From the NCBI GenBank assembly GCA_973895155.1, contig OZ316894.1:9904279-9968278 (forward strand): 64,000 bases of DNA, written 5' to 3'. Under the pieces are notes generated by a model. That model saw only the letters and a list, made by a program, of their open reading frames with translations, did not search any database and was not told the origin of the DNA. This DNA comes from Marsupella aquatica (Eukaryota > Plantae > Marchantiophyta). Shown in pieces: positions 13,001 through 26,400 of this stretch (positions are counted from its first letter, which is position 1; every line of letters starts with the position of its first letter). A program made the position numbers and the translations under genes.

Positions 13001-15112
13001 GTTCGCTTGTAATATTTAAATGGGAAACAGATGATAACAGAGTGAGATACTTTCTTTACAAAGTACGCAGGAGATATAATGAATTATCTTGAGAATTTAT
13101 ATAATTTGATGCTGGGAATGTTGATAAATCTGAGTATATCATTTGATACTGGAAATTTGCTTACAGATCATCCCCCTGAAGTTAATGAATCTGACTATTT
13201 AATTTGACACTGGGAACCAAGTTATGTCTAAACGTCTAAACCCACCCGAGGTTAATGAATCTGACCCCATTTCATTCGCTATTTGATCTACTCGGAAGAT
13301 GTTTACTTGTGACGTCGCCATTCCCTGAATACTGACATAAACGCGGGGAATCTTCGCATCTTTTGACTGTCTGCCTAAATTTTTCATGGCTATCGTGCTT
13401 CGTCAGGCTCAGACAAATTCTTGAGACTTCTTGGTCCAATCGAAATAAGAGCTAGGCCATTCAACTGCAGAGCAGATTTGACTCACTGGTGCCAGTTTCA
13501 ATATAGCTACTAAACATTTATGTTAGGACTGTGCATGATGTGATGTAAAACGAATACTGTTGGCTTATATAGAAAACAACATTTGACGCAATCAATCTAA
13601 CCGAACTCCCGACCAAACTGTACGTTGTTGTCCGGGTTGTTGTCCGTGGGAAGGAATCAAAAACATCTTTAATTTGTAACTTATTCGCACGGAACGTCTT
13701 ACAAATTGGTCAACAAGGTCTGTCTCTCCCAAAATAGCCATACCGAGTCCGTAGATATTTTGTTTAGGGTTAGCAGTGTCTTAGAGAGAACATTCCAATG
13801 AGACAAACACCATCATGTTCTGTCAAATAATAACAAAACCATTTTTTATTTTGACATTGTCGGGTACATTGTTGAATCAATTCTCAATCAGAATCAAACT
13901 ACTTTTGTGTCAACAGATGCAAATTTCCTAGGTATGTTGCATCACACCATAGCAAGATACGAATTATCACAAAGAATTGAGTGTGATAGGTTTAAAAAAC
14001 CATTATGTTGTCATAGTTTCTACAAAGACATCAACTTTCTTTGTTGCCTTGGAAGATACAGTTGAAATTAATTCAAAAAGCCAGTGAGCATAAACATGGG
14101 TAGTTTAATGCAACCCGCTGCAGGCACACGGCCTCCTGCCTGCCCCCCCTCCCCCTCGTAATCACACCAGGTCCACAACCCCAGGTCCGCTCAGCTGTAA
14201 ATAGATGCTCATTTCTAGTTTCATGAAATGAACATATAATAGCTCCAATAGAATGAGATAAATAATTTTTTTATCAGTCTTGATATTTTATGACAGTCTG
14301 TTTCTAATAAAGCAAGATTGTGATGTAGTAGGATGTAGTAGGCCTGCTATATTTCACAGACCTTTGCAAGAGTATCTTGAATGGCCCTTCCATGGTCCTT
14401 TTCTCGTTTGATTCACTACCCTCATGCCCGACGTCAGTGATTGGTGAGAAGAAAAAGAAGCTTCTTTCATGTCCCGCCCCACCACCCGGATCTGGATGAC
14501 ATCACAGGTTACTGCCCCCCCTGGCCAGACTTAGTATTGTCTAGAGTGAAGCTTCTGTGGTGAGCTAGAGTCACGGTCTCAAGTGAAGCTTCTATTCGAG
14601 GCTAAAGTTAAGACTGCAAGATTGTGAGAGAAACGAACATTACAGTAAGATTGTCAGTGAGAGAAACGAACATTGCAGTAAGATTGTGAGGAACGTACGT
14701 GAATGTATATCTATGCATCAGTGGGGAAGACAGAAATCAGGCATTGGGGTCAGGGACTTGCGTCGGATCCCAGGGAACGAGGACGTAAAGACTGAACGGG
14801 ACTACCACAATTGCGCTGTTGAGTGATTTTGATTGAGTGGCCAGAAGACGATCGTTTGCTCTTTTGCTTCAGCAATTCAGCTGCGATTGCACTGTAAGCT
14901 CTGATTTCAGTTCAGGCCGCTGACTTGTTCCTCACATTGCACTGATTCACAGAGTCTTTTAACGTCATCCATCACTCTAGCTCTCTTTCTCTCCCTTTGA
15001 ATGTCTGAGATTCTTGGATATAGCTAGTGGCGATTATTCCTAAAACTTCGGTCACTCACCTTCCAGAAAAGTTTCGCAAGGTACGTCGTTCAACATAGTC
15101 CCTGAAGCAAAG

Positions 15113-17752
15113 ATGGCGATAACCATGCTCAGAGCTGCAGCTGCCACAGCAGTGGTCGTGCTCGCGTGCGCCATGATTTTCCCGGGAGGCGCTGCTGCAG
15201 CAGAAAAGCTCTACACGAAGACTTTCAGATCGATACCCTTCATACTGGGCCCTGGGGACGTTTGTGACAAGTACTTACCCATGGAGATGCCAAAGGGCCA
15301 CATCGCGCTTCGCAGCTTCAACGGTCAAGTCGTGGACGAGGACGGAGTTCCCGTTCCTCTCCACGAAACCTACCTCCATCACTGGGCAGTTCACCGCTAC
15401 TACACGCCCACGTCCAGCATAGGTCTCCGGGAGCCCATCCGCGCATCCAACTGGGGAGTTTGCGACACTGGAAACCTTGACCAAATGTATGGGCTGGGCT
15501 CCGAGACCCGACACACTGCGACTGACATTCCAGCCCCCTACGGTATCGAGGTTGGCAACCCAGAGAGCGTACCCGAGGGATACGAAGAGATATGGGAACT
15601 CAACATCCATGCCATCGACACTCGGGGCGCCGTGGACAAGAGGGGATGCACAGAGTGCGTGTGCGAGCTTTACAACATTACCGTGGACCCGTCTGGCGAA
15701 CATGACCATCCCATTCCAGAGGATTACCCAGGTGGGCTGGAATGCTGCTACGATGAAACGCACTGTATCGTGCACCCGGAGTACGAGGGCCCGAGGAGGA
15801 CCTTGTTCATGGAGTATTACGTCAACTGGGTCGAAATGTCGTCGGATGTTGTTCCCGTGAAAGTTTATATCTTCGATGTCACGGATGAGAGGACAACTGT
15901 CAGTGGCGCAGACAAATGCTGGGTGAGAGCAATCAGTCAGTCTCAGTCAATCTCCTGCTTGCAATTTACACCTCAGTTTTACGTAGATTTTTCATGAGTC
16001 GATCCGTCATCCTCAGCTCAGATTAAAATTTTAAGTTCAATGAAATCTCTTTTGGCTGGTCGTGTTGAACTCACCTTCCCACGGGATTCCAAGGCAGTCC
16101 TGACTTACTTTAGCTCGTTTCCAAGTCAGTTCCAAGTCATAACTAGCTTGGAATCGTATGTGGCTAGCAGATGTTTTCACCTAGTCAGCTCTGTTTTGTC
16201 AAGTCCATGGGCTTTGCATTTCTTTCTTCTTCTGTTATGTGGGGGAGGGGAAAATAACAGAGGCTCTGTTTTAAAGTAGATTGACAAATTTTGTACCAAT
16301 CGTGATCATTCAAGTTTGACGGAAACTGATTGAGTATCTATCGCACGTCTTGCACAGGTTGAGTACACGGTGCCAAAGTGTACGGAGAAGCCTCCTGCAT
16401 CTACAACCTAGAGAGTACCAACTTCTTACCTAACGGTGGGGATGTAATATACGGTGTGGCGCATCAACACGCTGGAGGTATTGGGTCGACTCTTTACAAT
16501 TCGGTACGTTCTCTTTACTTATACAATTGAATTCTGGCTAGGCTGGATGACAGCCTACATCTCAAAACTGAGGTCGGATAGGATATTACGGATGATATTC
16601 ACGTAACTCGGATATATATAAAGTAGAAGGATTGATGCCTTTGCCGAACAAGAATTCCCTAGCCAGAACCTGCAGTTCTTTGCAGTTCGTTTGCTCAGGG
16701 GTTTTAATTTTATCTCTCCATTCACTCATCGTTGTTGCCTTCTAATCATCGTTGTGCTCTATACTTAGGATGGTTCGGAGATCTGCTCATCGATGCCCAC
16801 TTATGGGAACGGGAGCGAGGCGGGCAATGAAGCTGGATACATTGTGGGAATGAGCACTTGCTATCCTACCCCTGGGCAAGTGAAAGTAAGAGGAGGGGAA
16901 GGGTTAAGGCTGACGTCCTGGTACAACAACGAAGACCGGCACACGGGTGTCATGGGCTTGTTCTATATCCTTGTTGACGAATCCACAGGCTCACTTCTGC
17001 CCGCGGCGTCACAGGTCAGTGATGAGTTGCATATATTTCACGTGGAAATTTACCGACCATCCTTAGATTGCTATTCAGATTGTCTATAGAAAGTCCTCAA
17101 AGTCTCTTCTACCGTCCTCATCAGACCTATCATTCAGGACTAGGAAACTTCAAATGTGCATAGAAAGTCCTCAAACTCTCTACTACCATCCTCGTCGTGC
17201 CTATTATTCTCCAAATGTTCATAAAGTATCATAAAACTTACTGACTACTACCATTCACATCGTGCCCCTGATATATCGTGCTTATCATTCAAGGACTACA
17301 AATCTGTAAAGTCACTAAAGTAAATTGCCGCCGACGTGCGATGCAATTGGAATGAGAGCTTTAGACAGTCCAAGTAGACATCTGATTGGAATTAATTAAC
17401 AGTTTAATTGATTCATATCATGGGCAAATTTGCAAGACCATCGGGGTCTTGGATTCTTGAGTTTGTGAGCCTAAATTGGCAATATATATGAAGCATACAG
17501 TGAACGAAATCAATCGTTCATTTGTGGGTTATGAAAACCGATTTTGCAGCATCTTTATTCTGGTTTCAACTAATCGATCTTGCACGGTTTCTTGCATCAT
17601 GGTTTCTGCAGGATGGCTCCGGCAAAAAATGGATCCTATTTGCTGCAGCCCTCGGGTATGCTGTAGTCCTGATCGCCGCTGTAGTCGCATATCACCTGAA
17701 GAAGAAGAAAAGCGGGCCAGAGTACTATGAACGCTTGCGGGTAGGAGTATGA
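15113..17752 (+). pseudogene. SURNod19 copy B, inverted duplicate with a 4-bp frameshift in exon 2 (truncated product or recent pseudogene)
   Basis: Exons 15113-15922, 16358-16503, 16769-17014 and 17612-17752 are homologous to copy A. Exon 2 is 146 nt versus 150 nt (TGT GCT GAA GGA becomes TGT AC GGA), giving TAG at 16409-16411. Confidence 0.82.
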
Positions 17753-18107
17753 TTGCCTTCGTTGAGCTGCAATCAAAGTGGGAGAGATGCAGCATTGAAA
17801 ACAAATAGATTACTCACACAGTTGCAATGCTTTGAACGATTGGCCAAGTGTTAAATAATTATATTTGACACGTAGCCTACCTTCAATGATACATCTTGCC
17901 TGGGTAGGAGCTGGATAGGATTATACTCTTAAGTTTGGTATCACTTATTTTGTGTATAGAGAATGAGGTCATTTGATTGTGTGTTGGGTAATTAAGTTTG
18001 AAGACAGCCAGAAAAGGGTGCACAATGATAGTCTTATCAGTCTCAGGCTAGAGAAGGAAAGCTAGTCCTTGTTTCTTCGATATACTTTTTATTTTTGACA
18101 TGGTTGG

Positions 18108-18189
18108 TAAAATGATAAAGAAAAGCTGCTCAAAGCAATATTAGACTAAAATGATAAAGAAAAGCTGCTCAAAGCAATATTATTAGACT
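18108..18189. repeat. ~39-bp tandem duplication
   Basis: TAAAATGATAAAGAAAAGCTGCTCAAAGCAATATTA(GAC) occurs twice. Confidence 0.85.
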
Positions 18190-20745
18190 GTGTGGTGAAC
18201 AAATTCCCATTGATGGCGTGCTTTTACTTTTCTCGAATCAAGCTATGGTTCATTAAAATTGAACAAGCTCAAATTTTATACGTTAGATTGAACATTCAGA
18301 GGAGTCAACTTACTGTGGGTAGGGAAAAGGAAACCAAGCGCTCATGTAAGGCAGCACGCGAGCAATTGGCTCTACAATGAGAGACAGACAGGGACATAGC
18401 CACCCCAAAAACAAAACCACACTTCCAAGTCTCTAATATAGTATTTGGTCGATCAGTTGGATGGGGATCAGCTGGGTCTTAGGTTCAATCCCCCTTCACA
18501 TGCAATGGTTGTGGAGGGTGAGTGTGTGAGTGGGGTGTAGTGGTGCTCCCTCCTGGTTCTGGGTATGACCCCCCCCCCCCCCCTTGTGGGCTACCCTATA
18601 GAGGTGCATTGATTCTAACTCCCAAGTTTATCATCTATCCTGTGTTGGATGAGTCGGCTTTGGTTTTCAAGGCAAAAGAAAAAAACTCCATATGCTTAAT
18701 TAGAGTTGACTGAAATACTCATATTATTCAAATGTGGGCTGCACAACTGACCCAGACTTCTCCACAAGGTGTTTCATTTATAAATTTGCTTGGATCAGAT
18801 CAGTGTCAACTCCAACAGTTCAATGGCTCGAATTGAAAGTTTACAGTAGCTCAAAGTTTAATATCAATGGATGTAGAGGCAATCAAAGGATTTCACATGA
18901 AAAATAAACTAGAGTAGTTCAGGAAAAGCTTAATTAACTTTCTCTGGTTTTGAAACGTACTTAATTGTCAAGCTTCTTAAGCTCAACAATTCACTGGTTG
19001 TGTAAACTTGACAAACTTCAAAACTTAACTGGAAAAAGAGAAAGGAATTAGAAGAAATTAAATTAATTATGTTTGGTGTGACCACGCTTCTCCAAGCAAG
19101 AAACTTACAAAGTCTTCCCCTTTACCCTCCATGCTACACCATGCTCCTCCCTCTACCATCCAATCATGTTAATCATGCATACAAAGTGTTCCTTCCTCTA
19201 CCATCCATGTCATACTATGCTCTATGTCATATCATCTATGCATAGCAAGTGCTAGTACGTACATCATGAGGGGCAAGGGGCCTGAGGTAAACGTTTAGTA
19301 AACTACATCTTTTGCGCAACGACATATTTACTTAATGACATCTTTCAAGCAATGACATATTTTACTTAACGACATCTTTTATTTAACAAAATTTAAATGT
19401 AATGACATATTTATGCACCAACATCTTTTGTGCAGTGCACAGGAATTGAGCTTGTTTATAATGAAGTCCAGATGGACCGAGTTGCCAAACACATTCCCAT
19501 GGAGTGCATAAAGTCATCACCCAGTTGGTACCCACAATAAAGAAAAAAAGGGTCAGTTGGGAACAGGTGCTTTGGGAGTGGACCTTTCACTTTTGTATAC
19601 TAAGGATAACCAAGTAGTTTTTGCAGGTGCCCAGACTAACTGTAAATTGCTGTTTTTTCACAGACTTGTTCATTTACTTGGACAGCTTTTGTATCTTAGT
19701 TTGCTAAAACTCGGAGTTTTCTACCATGTTCCCTTATGCCCAATCTACTACCTGGTAGAATTTGAGGCTTTTTTGAAATTATTTGTTTCATTTTGATGAG
19801 CACAAAGATGGTCAGATGTTATAAATTAACTGCAAATGGATGCCTCACTTTTAGAAAACCAGAAGTCAAGTCGCTCCAAACCACTCAAGGCTTCCTTCAC
19901 AAAATTGAAGCATCCTTCCCAAATGTGGGTAATTTGTCGCTCATGCCGAACTACTCAGTAATCTATGCATGTCAACTGAAGCATCCACTGTCAGTTAGTT
20001 TATAACATTTGACAATTTTTGTGCTCATCGGACATGGAGCAAATGATGTCAGAAAAATCTCAAACTTTGAGAGATAATAGATTGAATATCAGAAAACATG
20101 CAGGCAAAAATTTTGAGATTAAACAAAGATCTAAATAAATATGCAAGTTTACTTAAAACCAACAATTTACAGTTGGTTAGGTGCCTGGAAAAAACTACTC
20201 AAGGTGTCCCTAGAAAAACCCTTCCAAAAGTAGTAGGTTACTTTTTTTGTTGTGTAAATTGATGATGACAACTGTAGGTAGTCCATGGGGATTGGCACAA
20301 GAAACCCCTCTGTCCATCTTGGCTTAATATTCAAGAATCTGAGAGCCAACTCGCATGTGAGGGGTCATATGTTTTCCAGCCCTCAAACTGAGCACCGCAG
20401 AATAACTGAGTTTAGGACAACGCCTTAATCCCCTCCTCCGCCAGGCCTTATGGCAAAAATTAGGAGTTACAAGAGCAAGGGCAGGAAACTTTTCAGGCTT
20501 TGAGGTCCCGACCTCAAATTCCCGGTATAAAACAAAAGCCAAAATGTAACACATGTAGTGAAACTTTGTCATTGCAAGCTTTGCCGTGCGCCATGGAGTA
20601 GATACTGTCCTCAAACCAGATCTGCTTTTTTCCTAAAGTTTATGTGGGCCTTATTGTCACTGTTGATGAGATACCTTCACATGCAAGTTGGCTCCAAAGT
20701 TACAATCGTTGCAAGGTGGCTCTAAAGTTACAAGAGTGTGATGAT

Positions 20746-21320
20746 CTAAAATGGATCTATCTATTAAGTACAATGACTAGGCCCTGATCCCCTCTAAAAT
20801 GGATCTAAGGCTAAGTATAAAATAACTAAGCCCTGATCACCTCTAAACTGGATCTAAGTCTAAGTATAATGACTAAGCCCTGATCCCCTCTAAAAGTGGA
20901 TCTAAGTCTAAGTATAATAAGTAAGCCCTGATCCCCTCTAAAATGGATCTAAGTCTTTAGAGTGCAGGGTAATCCTTCCTCCCTGCCCCCTAAAATTATA
21001 TGCCCCCCCCCCCCCCCCCCCCGCACCCCCGCACATGACGATAATTAATGTTGCCCTCTCATTGGTTCCAAGATTGTCGGAACACTGCCTATTCCTCAGC
21101 TTTCCAGACATGGAACCTTTGCTCTAACTATAATAACTAAGCCCTGATCGCCTCTAAAATGCACATATGGAACCTTGCTCTAATAAGTATAATAACTAAG
21201 CCCTGATCCCCTCTTAAATACACATGCGGCCCTAAGTCTAAGTATAATAACTAAGCCCTGATCCCCTCTTAAATACACATGCGGCCCTAAGTCTAAGTAT
21301 AATAACTAAGCCCTGATCCC
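20746..21320. repeat. Minisatellite of ~8 copies of core TAAGTATAATAACTAAGCCCTGATCCCCTCT, interrupted at ~20958-21123
   Basis: The core recurs every ~48 bp (20760-20957) and every ~55 bp (21124-21320). The interruption contains a poly-C run. Confidence 0.9.
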
Positions 21321-23470
21321 GCCATGAACGACGATTATTAGACTGCAGCAAGTTCGGTCCCCTACAGTAGTGAATTGAACGTGGGCAATAATTGTGATCC
21401 TTTGCGGGACCCTCGTTGCTTCCACATTCCACAACCTAACGAAACATCGACAGAATGCCGACAACCATGCACGCACGAGACGTCTGCCACCGTCTTCGCT
21501 CTTCCCTCGTCCCTGGTCCCCTGCCTCAGTGCCTCTCCTCTCTGCCATCGCGCCCTCCCACGAGTCCCACCACGACTCCTCTTGCCCTGCGCCCTTTACT
21601 CTCTGGTACCTCTCGATCATTCTGTCGTCTCTGAGGTCTCTGAGGTCCAGAGCTTCTTCTCGTGCAGTTCCCACACTCCTCTGTCGGCTCTCGGTCTGCT
21701 ATTGCGCTCCTTCCTCCTCCTCGTGCTTCCTGTAGCGTCGATTGATCGGTTCCGTCGTGTTGCCCTACCAGGTCCTCGTTCTTTGGTCAAACCGTATTGT
21801 ATGATTGTGTGGCGCTTTGCCTTGAGAGGTTTTTGTGCATTTCTTTACTTTAGCTTAGAGGAGTACAAGATGAAACATCTGTCTCTCTTCTTGTGCCGTG
21901 AAAGATCTTGATGCATTTCAGTACAACGGAGGTCATCGTTTTCTTGTCACCGCTGACTCGTAAATCTTGTCTATATCGCTGGAGGGTCAATCCCGTATTT
22001 GTTTTGTGTCTGTGATCGTCTGGTTTTTCTGTGTCTCTCCCTCTCGGACGCTCACTCCCTTACTCAAGTCTGCATCTCTCTCGCTCTGTCCGGTGGAGGC
22101 GATCGGTGTCAGGTGGAAGAACGAGAAATCACTGCAGGGAGGATGAATGCAAGGATTCTGATCGCATGTCGTCCTCATTCCAGTACTTAGCCGTCCATCG
22201 GTGCGAGAGAGACCACTCGCGACGGATTGACGGTGATTCTTTGATTGTGGTCTCGTGTTACAGAACCCCTCTGGGAAATTGATCTGATTTGAGTTATAAG
22301 CGGATCGAAGGACGTCAGGAGAATCTTCAGTAGTTTTGACGTTTCAGTCTTCTTAGTCTCTCTTTTTGTCACTGGCTCTCCCCCTCTTTCTCTCTCGCCT
22401 TCTCTCGCCTGTTCCGTCCCGTTTACTTCTGTCCGAGCATGCTTGAGCAATAGAGATATCCTCTGCTGATTAGTTTGTCGATCGATTGATCCATGGATGA
22501 ACAATTATCTTGTCATGATTGGCGGTGATCTGATGTGGAGTAAGAGTGCGAAGCAGGATGTCGTACTGAAGCATTACTGCAGTTTTGGCGGGTTTGAAAA
22601 AAGAAACCAATCAAGTCTTAATTATCCTGGAGACTCCTCGGTGGCCACGGATGGATGAGCGAACAGTTTTCTATCCCCGCATGTAGATTGAAAAGTCAAA
22701 TGGCAGGCAAGAAGGACTAGAACCCTTCGATGAAATGAAATTCTCCTTCTTCAGGGCGATGGACAAACGATTTCCTCTTCTTCATTGATCCGCATCGAAG
22801 GCCTGAGCTTTCCTCAACATGTAGATTGCGACAGGGTCTTTGGTGCCTGCCACTCTCGTTCCCTGCGATGGGTGGTGGGGAACTGTCCTTCGGTTGTGGA
22901 TTCTGGTACTTCATTTATATATACAAGCAAGGGTGCCGCAAATTCGATTTCTGAGGTTGGTTCTACATCTTTAAAGTATGGTTGAGGGTGAAATCCGTTA
23001 AAGGCTCGCGTCGTCCAGGGCTTACGTTGGTGGCCCTGGTCCACTTAATTTGGCTTGTAACATGCTAAATGTGGTTAAAGCCATTCCGTCCTAGGCGGCA
23101 AGTGAGGTGAAATTGTTCATTTGCTTGAATGATGACTGTGGTGGGAAACAGCATGTGGTGTCTGAATCTTCCATTGTTGTCTAGTGAAACTAGTAAAGTT
23201 GTGCCAATTGCCTTGCATGACCAGAATCTCTCCACTGGTTCCGTGATTGTCGTTTACTAACTTTTAATTCTAGTAGTTGATTGAAATATGGCTATGCAAG
23301 GCTGTTGCTAAAAACCGGAGTGCATTACTACCAGCTGTCTATATTTTGAGTCTATCCACTCGCCAATGAAGGCCTTGACGTCCTTCGTTCTGTACTTTTT
23401 GTCCGGGCGTTTCTCTTTTGCGAAGGGCCTTAGCTCAGTCTGAACAATTGGTGTTATTCCCTACTTGCAG

Positions 23471-26400
23471 ATGAGGCGCGTGAGTTCATATGGAGGCCCC
23501 TCTGGAGTTCCTGGTTCGGAGAGGCTCAGACTGAGGTTATCATCGACACCAGGCTTGCACCTACTCTCCAGCAGTCCTTTAGAGGAAACTGGGTTTCTAG
23601 CTATAGCGGGAGACCCGCAAGATGAGAGGGTTTTCCACCGAACATATGGGGCAGCTCGGAATTTTTACGCGATAGCATCTAACTTAAAACAGGTAGCCAA
23701 ACGAGAACCTTGGTTGACCCGGACGGATTTTGGACCTGTGGTGAAGGGAACGATTGTATTGGATGAACCAGTTGATGTTGATGAGCATTGCAATGGTGGA
23801 GCACCAGCTGTTCTTGTACAGAAAGTGGAAGGGAACCATTGTAGCAGTCCAGGGCAGAATGACAGTGGGACGGGAGAGGTAGGCGTTGAAGCTGTCCATG
23901 AAGTCTCCTTCAATGATAGCCAAGTGGTCGAAGAAGTTGAATTGGAGAAATGCACTGGAGCATCAGCTTCGGAGGATCATTTGTTTGGGCTCCCTGATAG
24001 CCAGGGTTGCGAGTCAAGTTTGTTGGGAACCCGTCTAGTGGCAAGTCAACAAGTAGAAAGGCTGGATTTGGAAACAGAACAACCCTCTATTTATCGTTTA
24101 GAGGTAGAAGATTCTTTATCAACATCACCCATATCTGCAGGACAGGATGCTCAGACTTCTCGAAGGGGGAAGTGTAAAGTTGCCATTGCTGACACTGAGG
24201 ACATTCTCAGCAATGAAAAGTCGCAAGAGGTGGAGACTGGTGCAAGTCTCCATGATTCTGAGAGCGATCGGTGCAAGGACGTGTCTGCAGTTAATATTCA
24301 GAGGTATTGGAGAGGATGGCTAGAAAGAAAGCATTATAGGGAAGTCGAGGGCAGGATAGTATTCTTGCAGTCGTTGGTAAGGAGGAATCAGGAATTGAAG
24401 CACTATCATGGAATAATGCAGGCTGCGGTAGTGCTTCAGAAGCACTGGCGAGTACTCCAAAGCGTGCAAGCTCTGAAACGTCTGAAATTAGAACAGGCAT
24501 TGCGGGAGCAGCGCAGAGTCTATGATGCAGCTATTGTGGTGCAAAAATACTGGCGATCTGTTCGAAGCAGACGTCTGCTTAACAACCTGAGAAAAGAACT
24601 TTACATAACAGCCCAGCAGAGGAATAATCATGCAGCTTTAGTGTTGCAAAAGCATTGGCGAGCCCAGCGAGGAAGGTATCTGGTGAAAAGACTAAAGTTG
24701 GAACAGGTCGCGAGGGAGCAGGAGAGAACTAAAGACGCAGCTGTAGTGCTGCAAAAACATTGGCGAGCTCGGCGAGGAAGGTGTTTGGTGAAATATTTGA
24801 AGATGGAACAGGCCGTGGAGGAGAAGCAGAGAATTGATGATGCAGCTGTAGTGATGCAGAAACATTGGCGAGCTCGGCGAGGAAGGTGCGAGGTCAAACA
24901 ACTGAAAACCGAGCAGGTCGTGATGGAGCAGAAGAGAATCCATGATGCCACTGTAATGCTGCAAAAATGTTGGCGAGCCCAGCAAGGCAGGCGCTCGGTA
25001 GAGCTTCTGAAATTGGAACTTGCTGCAAGGGAACAGCTCCGAACGCGTAATGCTGCCATTGTGTTGCAGAAATATTGGCGGGCGAAGGAAGGGAGATTCG
25101 CTTTGAGATGTTTGAAAGCGGAACAGGTTGCGAGGGAGCAGCTTAGGATGGACAATGCTGCCATTGTGCTGCAGAAACACTGGAGGGCAATGCAGGGTCG
25201 ATGCTTGTTAAAACATCTGAAAATGGATAAGGTCGCAAGGGAGACACAAAGAACTGTTGACGCGGCTCTAGTGGTGCAAAAGGTTTGGCGCGCAAAGCAG
25301 GGTAGGTCCTATGAAAAGTATTTGAAATTGGAACTAGTTGCCAAGGAGCAGCAAAGAAGTGATCATGCAGCGATAGCGATACAGAAGCTTTGGCGATCTC
25401 AGCAAGGCAAGTGCTTGGTGAAACGTTTGAGAATGGAGCAGGCTGTGAGGGAGACGCAGAAAATCGAACATGCAGCTGTAGTCATACAGAAACATTTTCG
25501 AGCCCAGCAAGCCAGGTGTTCAATTGTGAACCGTATGAGAACGGAGGAGGCTGTGAGAGAGAAGCAGAGGATTGATCAGGCTACAATAGTACTCCAAAAG
25601 CATTGGCGAGGACGATGTGGTAGGATTTTGGTGAAACATAAGAGAATGGAACTCCGTGTTAAGGAGTTGCAGAGAATTGACCATGCTGCTATAAATCTAC
25701 AAAAACTCTGGCGAGCTCGCCAAAGCAGAGTTTTGGTTGAACACATGAGAATGGAACAGCTAGTGACGCAGCGGAAAATGTTTGACGCAACTATGGTGCT
25801 GCAGAAACATTGGCGAGGTAGGCAGAGCAGGTGTTTGGTTACAGACCTGAAGGAGAAGCATCTGAAAATAGAGCTGGCTTCAAGGGAGAGGCATAGAGCT
25901 AGTGCAGCAACAACATTGCAGAAGCAGTGGCGAGCTTGGCAAAGCATTCTCTTTGTGAAACGTGTGAAGACTGAAGCGGCTGTGAGGGATCAGCAGAGAC
26001 TTGATAATGCAGCTACCATATTTCAAAAATGTTGGCGAGGTCGCCGTAGCAGGCTTTTATTGAAGCATTTGAAGACTGTACAGGCGTTGAGGAAACTGAA
26101 GAGAGTAAATAATGCAGCACTTGTACTGCAGAAAAATTGGCGAATATTTCGAAGTAAACAAATGGTAAAGTTTCTGTACTTGCAACAGGCTGCAAGGGAG
26201 CGTGCTGCAGTATGCATTCAAGCACGTGTAAGGGGTAATGCAACTAGGGTCAAGCTAAAGGCTGCTCTTTCTATTCAAAAAGCATGGCAACTATATTGGT
26301 CTTCTCGGGTCAATGTCTCTGCTGTCTCCATCCAGCGTGCTTTTCTGTCTTCCAGTGACGAAAATCGGAAGATCCAAGCTATTATTGTCTTGCAGGCCTA

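Larger units (their letters stand above)
6785..18285. repeat. Large inverted duplication; arms ~6785-10650 and ~14345-18285 around a ~3.7-kb spacer
   Basis: Reverse-complement similarity covers exons, introns, promoter and 3' flanks of the two SURNod19 copies. Arm ends are approximate. Confidence 0.85.

Noticed and set aside
13563-14313. TIR element in the palindrome spacer
   Set aside because: Only a weak ~13-bp inverted match and no TSD.
20746-21320. CRISPR-like repeat/spacer appearance
   Set aside because: The linkers are themselves repeated and related, the context is eukaryotic and there are no cas genes; it is a minisatellite.
24628-25947. Repetitive antisense ORFs
   Set aside because: They mirror the IQ repeat coding strand.
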